Below, in pieces: positions 53,690-64,000 of a stretch of 64,000 bases of DNA. This stretch comes from Chrysomallon squamiferum (lineage: Eukaryota; Animalia; Mollusca), in contig CM022669.1 of assembly GCA_012295275.1 (NCBI GenBank), forward strand, positions 7,378,001 to 7,442,000. The letters run 5' to 3'. The translations under genes were made by a program, and so were the position numbers. The notes under the pieces were generated by a model. The model was not told the DNA's origin, did no database searches, and worked only from the letters and a program-made list of their open reading frames with translations. Numbering within the stretch: position 1 is the first letter of the stretch; every line of letters begins with the position of its first letter.

Positions 53690-54760
53690 GATGGGCGGTG
53701 GAGTATTAAGTTTTGGTTTTGTAACTGAAAGCCAGGCAGAAAATTGATCCACATCAGACAATGGAAACATGTTGATTTGCCCAAAGCGGACGTGACTTGC
53801 ACGTGGATACAAAACGCAGCGCGCGCGACACTGCGTGATGCTGAAAACGTCACGCTTCGGAGGCAGTCCTTTTGAAAGGGGCTTATCAAAAATTATTAAC
53901 TGTGGACTCGGCGATAAGGCGCACGTGACGTAGGTTTTGTAAGTGGCTACTCGAGCCCGGCGGGGAGCCAGGTTGTAACGGCCACGTTTTACAGTGCAAA
54001 ACAAAACGCGTTATTCTCCGAGACGAATTGAAAAGCTAATGAAAACAAATCGCGACCGAAACAGTTCAATATTTTTTAATACATTATAGTTTATTCATGG
54101 ATTTGTTTAAAATGCGGTTGTAACAAAAAAAAAAGAAGAAGAAGAAAAAAAAAAAAAACCCGTTCTTTCTTCAGTGGAAAGTATCCTAGCACGCATCACT
54201 GATTTCTGTTCATGCACTGATTTGCATGTTTCGGGACAATGAACCACGCACTTGAGTGCTATAATGCGATTAAATGCACGTGCCACGCGGATTCTCGCGT
54301 GCGCCTCCTTGTCAACAGATCTCCTACCTTATTTTCTTTCATTAAATAAAGATAACTTTTGCCGATTTATTTAAAAAAATTTTTACAAGAGGAATTTTCC
54401 TATATCAATCCGCAGACGTTTTTCCAATCTCTGTTTACATTATCACAGATAAAAGATTTTAAAAAGAAAAATTGTCCTCCTGGTCACCCGCAGCACGTGC
54501 TAAATAATACTTTTAAAAATACAAAAACAAACTACAACAAGAAAACAAACGGATTAAGTGCATTAATTCGGCATCATCAGTCTAATAAGTATTGTTTACA
54601 AGTTTACAAGAAAAGGATCAACTATCACCGACTAGATAATGACTGTTTACGAACTGAAAAGGAAAATAAAATATTTTTTTTTCTTTCTTTTTGTTTTTTT
54701 TTTAACAAACATCAACTTTATTTCTAACATGAAAAGCAAAATAAAGAAAACAAATCACAA

Positions 54761-54797
<37 letters not shown>

Positions 54798-54836
54798 AAA
54801 CAAAAAAACAATCACATGACATTCCACTATCTTCAA

Positions 54837-54880
<44 letters not shown>

Positions 54881-54960
54881 CATGACATTCAACTCTCTTC
54901 GATGCTACAGAAAGCATTTGAATTTTTTTTTTCGTTATATTTTTTTATTGTTCACGTGAC
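53690..54960. promoter_or_regulatory. Candidate cis-regulatory module rich in CACGTG E-boxes
   Basis: CACGTG at 53800, 53922, 54277, 54494 and 54953, plus P3 site TAATGCGATTA (54262) and NK2-type CACTTGA (54249). Confidence 0.4.
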
Positions 54961-56159
54961 TTAATTGAAGGATCTGATGCCAGCGCGCGGGTTTTCTGCT
55001 CGCGCTACTGGGGCCAATTTGGCCGGTATCACAAACGTCACCAGTGTAATTGGATAAAAGTGCTTTAAATGCATCAGCGTCGGTTAATGGACCCGTGAGC
55101 TTTATACGGGCATTTTACTTCCGACATTATTTGGCTGGGCGATTGTTACATTGGTTTTAGTGCTGGCATATCCAATACATCAAACCAAAGCGATTTGTTT
55201 GCACTGAGGTTCTCTGTTAAATTACTCCAATATGGAAGCAAGGAACCGGAAGCCCAAGATTACGGTATAAAATCTTAATTCCTAATATTACGGATGCGGA
55301 GAAGAATAATGTATACAATAAATTGTATCTAACCCGAAGGCGTTTTACGTTCGACCATCACGCCTCGACAGACAGAAAAACGTCCATGACAGTCGTTAAT
55401 TGAATAAAAACACGATTTCATCATGCGGCGCTTGTTTTTAGAATCTTCATTATTCTGCGTTTTACATCGCTCGGCAACGTATAGGAGGAGAACATTAAGG
55501 GATTTTTTTCATTTTTTTTTTCCCATTTTTTTTTTTCATCACAAAACTAAAACAGTCAAAGTTGAATTCCATTAAAAGCGATTTGAGGGCTCGTACCACC
55601 TATACGACAGAGCTCGCCTCGGCAGATTAGTTCATACTTTATCGTTTATGATGTCTTCTAGAGAAAGTAGTTAAAAACAAAAATGAGCCCTCTTTGACGT
55701 CCTAATTAGCCAATTATTCCGTTAATGTGGCAATTTGTCGACGTTTTTCAGACCAGCAAATGAGAGTTCTTGGAGAAAAATAAAATAGCTTTTACTCCAT
55801 TAGTGACATCAGAGAACATATAAAACGAATAAATGTAACAGAATGAATAGAAAAAGAAAAAAAAAAAAAAATCCAATTATAAAAAGAAAACGAAAACCGA
55901 TAGGTCACCGGTACAAGATTTATGAAAGAAAGTGCTTGTTTGTGAACACAATTAGTTTTCTCTGCTTGAAGTTGACTTCATTAATTAGCTTGTTTTAGCG
56001 GTGAGCGACTGGTACCTGTAATTCACATTCAGTATAACCAGAGGTTTAATAGCTAGAGTTTTATTCACATACCAGTTCCCGAGATTCAACGACAAAACTG
56101 CTTTATATTTATTTATTTATTTATTTATTTATTTTTGTTTATTTGTTTGTTGTTTTGTT

Positions 56160-56194
<35 letters not shown>

Positions 56195-57626
56195 CTTATT
56201 TTTGTTTATTTGTTTGTTGTTTTGTTTTATTTATTATTTTTTATTTTATTTATTATTTTTTTATTTTATTTTTTATTTTATTTTTGTTTATATATTTATT
56301 TATTTATTTTTTTGTTGTTGTTTATTTATTTATTTATTTATTTAAATTTATATATTTATTGATTTAATTATATTTTTTATTAGTAAATATATTTACTTTT
56401 TAATGTTATTTATTAATTTATTCAATTTTTTTTTTTTTTTTTTTTTGAATTAATATTCATTGGTTTATTTATAATTTTTATTAGTATTTTAATTTGGTTT
56501 TATTTATTTATTTAATGATGATGATGATGATGATGATGATAATGATTATTGTTTTTATTAATATTATTATTATCATTATTATTATATTCAACTTTTTTAT
56601 ATTTTATTTATTTGCTTGTTCATTTATTTATTTATTTACCTATTTACTTATTTATATATTTATTTATTTACTTATTTATATTTTTTAATGGTTTTGCTTT
56701 TGTTTTTTATTTGTATGTGATCATTCGATAATTATTTATTTTTATTATTTTTATATTTATTTTTACTTTTTTCTTATTTCTGTTCTTATTTCTTTTTATT
56801 TTATTATTATTTTTTTTTTTTCATTCAACCATCCATACTTGAATTCTTCATTCATTCATTCATTTATTCTGTTTAAGCTGACAGAAATACATATGCCAAA
56901 TGTCAGATCGATTGAAATAAAAATAAATCAAACTGCAGTTGTATGAAACTTAATAGTGAGATCCCCCATTTAACAATCAGACTACATGTACATTACATGA
57001 GTAAATATTATAGTATGTCTGTATACATAGAGATAGATAGATAGATAGATGTATATTTTTGTATATATGTATGTGTGTGTGTATTATGCATTTATTTATT
57101 TATTTATTTGTTGTCAATTTTTTCAGTCTTGTGTCAGTATTTCTTTATTTATTCATTTGTTTATTATTGTTGATTTTACAATATGGTTTGTTGTTTTTGC
57201 TCTCTGTTTTTTTGTATTCTTTTGTTTTGTTTTATTTTATTTATTTTTTATTTCTTCGGTTTAATTTTTGTTCGATTTGTTTTCGTTTTTATTTTATTTA
57301 TTTACTTACTTGTCATTGATATTATTTCAATTTATTTCATATCATTTCATTTCATTTTATTTTAATTTATTTTGTTATTATTTTTTTTCTTCATAGTTTT
57401 TATTTTACGATTTAAAATAAAATTCTGACATTAGGATAAACAACAACAATAATAATAACAACTGTACAAGCTGTTTTCAGTTTGACTAATTAAAAAGTAA
57501 TTAAAAAACCACAATATAAATAAATAAAAAAATGTATGTTTAATATAGTAAAAACAACTACAATACTTTTATAATACAGTTTCAATAATAATAATATTAG
57601 TAATAATAATAATAAGAGTAAAAACA

Positions 57627-57674
<48 letters not shown>

Positions 57675-58479
57675 AACAACAACCACAGTGACAATAGTAG
57701 TTTTAAAAAAAACAATAATACTAATATAATAATATATATATAATGAAAAAAAAAAAAAAAATACTAAATAAAATAAATGCTTTAAATTAAACAAATAATG
57801 GTCATAACGTCCAGACCCAACTGCCTTGTTTTGTTTTATTTTCTGTTCTTTATTATTTTTATTTATTTATTTTTTATTTTTTTTATTTTTATTTTAAAAA
57901 ACGTCTGCTAGTCGATGTAGAAATTATGGCTTTGTGGCAGACGTTTTATTCGCTGTTATTTCGTGTTGCGAGCCAATTCGATGGAGCGGTACAGCCACTG
58001 CGATCGTCTCTAACGACTCTGTAACAAATGATCTGCTTGGTCCGTCACGCAGGAGCTGTCAACAATGGCGGCACGCCGCTACGAATCGGAAACCGGACTT
58101 TTGCTTTCATATTCCAGGTCTCTCTCCATTTCCGGAGTCTGGAACAGCGATCTGAATTAATTTCTTTGTTTTGTGCTCTCCGCTCCCTCTTTATTAGTTT
58201 TCGTGAAACCGAGGATGGCCGAGTTGTTTCCGGTAGCAAAGCAATTACCACCTCGGCGCAAGTCGCGTGTAAACCGATCGTTCGCCGAGTTTTCACGAAG
58301 AAAGAAAATAGACTACTAATTGAAAATGACGAAGGCAGACGGAAAGGAAAGGGAGGCACGGGTTTGTCAAACGTTGACGCAGTCTCGGTGATTTCTCTTC
58401 AGATACATTCGCAGTAAAAACGAAACTATTTATAGCCGTCCGACACATTTCGTTTTCAAACAATATCGTTTTACGCAAT

Positions 58480-58555
58480 CTGATACTTACAAACAATATG
58501 GCGGCGACTGCGATTTAAGCTTGGGCATGCGCCGCCCGTATGTTGGTTCTTCCGC

Positions 58556-58587
<32 letters not shown>

Positions 58588-58690
58588 CGTATCCGAAACC
58601 ATTTCCGCTTGCTGGGTGGATCATTTAGCTAGAACGCTCTACGTTTAAGTTTTATTTGTATCTCTGCTACTAATGCGGGTGAGAATAACA
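58480..58690. promoter_or_regulatory. Candidate (bidirectional) CpG-rich promoter with a short minus-strand first exon
   Basis: YY1-type ATATGGCGGCG (58496-58506), NRF1-like GGGCATGCGC (~58523) and ETS-like CTTCCG/TTTCCG (~58549, ~58602). A minus-strand GTAAGT donor lies at 58490-58485 and a plus-strand GTGAGA at 58679. Confidence 0.35.
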
Positions 58691-58857
58691 GGAATTTTCG
58701 TGTTGTTAATTAAACCTGTCGTTTGTGTTGTGGAGTCACAAGATCACATTTTGTCTGTTAACAAAGGAAGAGTATTACACTGGTATTAGTCAGAGACCAG
58801 AATTCATAAATCTTTAAACTCGCGTCGTTCGTTTTACTGATGCGGTTAAAATTTCAT

Positions 58858-58888
<31 letters not shown>

Positions 58889-59079
58889 TTCTTCGTTTAG
58901 TGATTCATTAATACTTTTTTTTTTTTTTTTCTTTCGTTAATTTACATTTTCTTTATTCACTTTCATTTATTTCTCTATTCATTTCTCTTTCTTCGTTTCT
59001 TTCAATCATTATTCAGTTATTCGTTATTATATATTTGCTTCTTTACTTACTTACTTATTTATTTATTTATTTATCTGTT

Positions 59080-59164
<85 letters not shown>

Positions 59165-59246
59165 GTAAATTTCATAACTGGTTAAATGGCGTTAATATTT
59201 TAATTTTAATTTTTTTTTTTAGTTAAATATTTTTACGTATTCCAAG
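59165..59246 (+). repeat. Short dispersed repeat, copy 2 (see 32730-32805)
   Basis: Shares a ~75-80 bp core with copy 1. Confidence 0.8.
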
Positions 59247-60339
59247 GCAACTAATCTCTAACATTTCACCTGGATAAAACCAACACGCTCAACAAGTGTA
59301 TGTAGTGGCACACCTACAGATTTTGGACCCTAAGGTTTCGACTGATTATGGGGTCCGTCGCAAGCAGGAACGAGATTGGAGTAACCACTTCTATTTTTCC
59401 AAGACAAATCATCATTAATCAAAAAAAAAAACCCCAAAACCCAAACATTTAATACGGTTTCTCCGATTTAGAAGCAAATGAGAACTAAATTCGCATACCG
59501 GGTTCTTTTTTGGTGGTTTGGGGTCCTTAATCTTAAGGTTCAACAGTTTTGAATCTCAGAATATAAACTGGATATTTGTAATAGTATATTCATTACATTT
59601 TTTGTTTGTATTGTAACAGAAATTCTCTATTTCAGTCACGATTTTTGTAACGTTATTTCTTAATACAATTAAACTGTTTGAAACAACCTTGACACAGTAT
59701 TCTGAAATAGTCTTCTCGTGATACACAAAGCTAAATAACTATTTATAATCTTAACATAACCATTTGGTTACAACTAATATCAGAAATCCTATATGATATA
59801 TAATCAGTTAGTAATACCAGCTACGAATCCTGTAATCTGCATTCTATATTTACTACATGAAAAAACTGTTTTATTATAAAAGTGTACAGCATAACCTGTA
59901 GTTTTAAAACAAGAAAAAACAAACATTACACAATTTATTTATGTAACCTGTAATATCAACGGACAGCGCCTCACACGGACAGAACGACAACCCAGTGACC
60001 ACACTGACCACACTCTGACCACAAACGGAATATGTTAGAAAATAGTTTTAGCTGGAAAAACTATTAAAATCATAAAATGAGAGAAAAAACAAAACAAATA
60101 AAACTCAGACAGAGTATTTCATACAAAATGTGAGTCTTTTGGAAATAAAAAAAAAAAAAAAAAAAAATAGTATAATGTTTTATTTATTATTTTTATTTTT
60201 GTTTTATTTAATTATTTTTTTTTTTTATTTATTATTTAAGTACTCGATTTATTTTATCTTATTTTTTTTTTATTTCCTGTAAATACAAAAATGTAACTAT
60301 TTCCTTTTGTTTCTTCTTTTACCTTTTTTGGTTTTTATC

Positions 60340-60418
<79 letters not shown>

Positions 60419-60777
60419 CGTTTATTTTATTTTATTTATTTATTTATTTTCTTTTTCCGTCCCCAGAAAGGGGAATGGTCTGATTTTAAAGATAATAGTG
60501 CACAAAGATATGGATACGCTGTTGTTTGTGAGCTAGGTTCAAAATTCAGTGACGCTCAAAAGTAAACATGATGTCCCAAATAAAGAAAAATACCGCAAAT
60601 ACGTCAGAAATTATCATAAAATAAAGCAGCACCGAGTGGTCGTATTTACAACATAGCACAAGTTAATTTTCTAAATTTGTGCTTGTCAGGTTATAAACTT
60701 CGTCTTGTAACAGTTGGTGTTTTCTCAGACTTAGTCGCAGAATTTCGTTGTTCAGTTCCATTTTGAACTCAAATTAA

Positions 60778-60814
<37 letters not shown>

Positions 60815-60921
60815 TAACCAAACAAACTAATAATAATAGTAATAATAACGATAATGATAATAATAATAATAAAATAAAATAACCAAACAAATAAATAATA
60901 ATAGTAATAATAACGATAATG

Positions 60922-60984
<63 letters not shown>

Positions 60985-61603
60985 GATGATGAAATGAGAA
61001 ATTTAATAAAATATAATACTTCTAAATTTACGTCTTAGATTACTTTCATGTTGTTACAATTTTTTTTTAGTTACAAATGACTGTTTATCACACTTTTGTA
61101 TGACCATGATGATGATGATGATGGTGATGTTGTAACTAGCTGTTTGCAAATATTTTATTTATTAATTTAAGAAATAATTAAATTTAGGGCGCGTTTAAAT
61201 ATTTGGAAATCCTAATGATTGTTTTTAAAATTGAAAACAGTCTTGTACGTTTTGTTAATTTTTTTCTTTTTGTAAATCAGATTAATGTTTGGCAAATTCA
61301 TTGACTTTCCTAGATTCGAACAATGAAGTCTCAATTCGTTATTCTTCTTAAAATAACATACAAAAAAAAATGATTTTACATTAAATAATAATAATAAGGT
61401 GAAAAAATCACAAAACAGAAAGAAACAAAAAATAAACACCTTTTCTATTTCCAAAGTATACTTTTAATTAGCTCTATTTACTCACGACTCTGGAATTATG
61501 GGTATTTGTTTATTTTCCACTTAACTTGTATAATTAGCTATCCGAGTCAATCAGAAACAAGAGTGACAATTATTTTATTCGCTTTCATATCGACTTTTTG
61601 TAA

Positions 61604-61649
<46 letters not shown>

Positions 61650-61899
61650 CAAAACATTTTCCTTCTGCGATAACAAAATAGCCATTTCGTACAAAATTAA
61701 CCGGCTACCGTTCCATCATTGGTGACAGGAGAAATTAACTCTAGCCAACAAACCGTTCTCAATTAAAAATGTAATTTTCGCTGAAATCCCAGCGCAGGGC
61801 CCATCGACTCCGGCAACGTTACCATTTGATCTCTGCTGTTCGAGCGGCCACGAAGACAAAACGAGCGAGGATTTAACACAAAAACCTCGAGGCAATAAA

Positions 61900-61957
61900 A
61901 TGCATTTTGTCGGGTCGTATTTTAACGGCCGCGGCGGCCATCTTGACATGTGTAAGT
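61900..61957 (+). promoter_or_regulatory. Candidate first exon/promoter of an unidentified downstream + strand gene
   Basis: GCGGCCATCTTG (YY1 consensus, 61934-61945) is followed by ACATGT|GTAAGT (ATG at 61948, consensus donor at 61952-61957), inside a CpG-rich island (~61680-62280). Confidence 0.3.
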
Positions 61958-62431
61958 TGTTCTCTCGGTGCGGTGTATGTCTCTTCATTGTCCGCGTTAA
62001 CTGCAGACGCTGAGGCGATTAGCACCAATCGCGACCTTATGGCTCAAATCTCGTTCTGTTTGATGTCACTTAATAATAATAATAATGAAAAAAACACCGA
62101 CGACGCAACCAGCAATACATTCAGTGGCTTTCGCTCGAATATTGCTTCCCGACTCGGTAACTGACAGCTAATCCGCGATTCTCACCTCATTAACACGTGC
62201 ACTTGACGAAAGTTTGATTACCTAAACGCCGGACGAAACGACGTTATATTATTTCACGAATGAGCTGTCTATAAATAGAAGTGTGGTTAATATACGTATA
62301 TACGAATATATATATATATATATATATATATAGTTGAGCTGATAAAACATTTCAATAGTAGTATTTTTTTTTTTTTTTTATTTACTTATTTATTTTATTT
62401 ATTATTATAATTATAATTATTATTATTATTA

Positions 62432-62465
<34 letters not shown>

Positions 62466-62603
62466 CATCATCATCATCGTCGTTAGTATTATTATTATTT
62501 TATTTATTTATTTATTTATTTCGTTCTATTTGATAGTCTTACATTTTTTTTTTTTTTTTTGCACTGATACTTTCGCCATTACTTTTGTTGAACAGAAAAG
62601 AAA

Positions 62604-62679
<76 letters not shown>

Positions 62680-63364
62680 TAACAATAATAATTAATTAAT
62701 TAATAATTATAATGATAAATAAATAATTTATTTAAAAAGAATGTGCAAATTATAGAGAAATGAATATTTAATGTTATATGAAGATAATAATAAAAAAAAA
62801 AAAAAAAAAAAAAATGTGTTATAAACAAGTCCTGTTGATATTATTTTTAGATCAGATTAAAACATGGGGATTACTGATTATAAAGCACTACATAACGTGT
62901 TGTAGATTTCATTATAATTAATTTTATTTACAATATTTTAAACTAGCTTTTTATTTTTTTATTTTAGCCATGCTTGTCATCATCACCGTCGTCAGCATCA
63001 TCATCGTCATCAACATCGTCAACATCACTATTTTATTTTCTCGTTCTGATTACTTGTACAGGGCGTATAGTCTTTTGTAAAATTATTATTATTTTTATAT
63101 TTTTTTAGTTTCTCCGCCTCAAATCATTATTCTTCCCTTTGCATTTTCATTTCTCCAGATTATTCTTTGTTAATGTCTTCTTTTTCTTCTTCTTCTTCAT
63201 CATTATCATCATTATAATCATCATTATTATCATCATCATAATTAGTCTTATAATCATTATTTATTATTATTATTATTATTATTACCGTTATTATTTCATT
63301 ATCATTTTTATTATCATCATCATCATTTTTATTCTATCATTATTATTATTATTATTATTATTAT

Positions 63365-63412
<48 letters not shown>

Positions 63413-64000
63413 CAGTGGTAGTAGTAATAGTAGAAGTAGTTGTAGTAACAATATATTACTGACCAGTGAGGTTTTGGAAACTAAGTCCGTAACATCGTTT
63501 TTAAATTTCTAAAAAAAAAACATCCTTTAATTAAATTTAGCTTAAGAAAATAAATTTAATCATTTCAAAATTGTCAGTTTTATTTTTGTACATATATAAC
63601 AAGAAGCAAAAAAAAAAAAAAAAAAAAATGACGCAAATACGTGATAATTTGCCATATTATAAATGTATTTTAATCTGAATATAACAGTAATACAATGTCG
63701 TACGAAGCTGTCAAAAAGTTCAGCTTCTTGGTTCTTGATTTTTACATGGAGCTGTCGCTGATTACAACATTACGAAAGACGAACCACCGAAAACTAATGT
63801 AACAGAAGTTGCCTGACAATTTTGATGGATGTAACGTTTCTAAGATTAAACGTACGTCACTACCAATTTTTTTGTCTTTGGTTAAAAATGGCGGCCAGTG
63901 ACCATGGAACCAAAATCAGATCTGCGGGCAATGTGAGCGTTGATGTTTGTCACAACTTTCCGATGATCTTTGCTGTGACACTTTGTAACGTTTCTCAGCT

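Noticed and set aside
57934-58496. ORFs of 67-129 aa in the 58-kb GC-rich island
   Set aside because: No recognisable homology; they overlap on both strands, as expected for a GC-rich non-coding or promoter region.

Overview
AT-rich, microsatellite-dense animal genomic DNA from a non-vertebrate, most likely a lophotrochozoan such as a mollusc (inferred from gene content and repeat style). It is not prokaryotic, and almost all listed ORFs are translated simple repeats. Two PRD-class homeobox genes lie in tandem on the + strand. The first is the last exon of retinal homeobox (Rx/rax; 3724-4176). The second is a three-exon homeobrain gene (hbn; 22992-23232, 24631-25012, 31026-31550). This pair matches part of the ancient Hbn-Rx-Otp (HRO) cluster. 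As assembled, hbn lacks one base in the middle of the homeobox (24958-24961), most plausibly a consensus error. Downstream of hbn are a ~2.4 kb foldback-type inverted repeat (35194-37647) and a ~12 kb mosaic duplication (37664-49504) containing three tandem ~2.8 kb units. Each unit carries a CRE + E-box module and a pogo/Tc1-mariner-like terminal remnant. The remainder is non-coding: GC/CpG-richer, motif-dense islands between microsatellite blocks, and two candidate promoter/first-exon sites near 58.5 kb and 61.9 kb. I found no convincing wholly new biological system. The best leads are the hbn frameshift, the amplified regulatory-looking module, and a possible antisense transcript running back toward the cluster.
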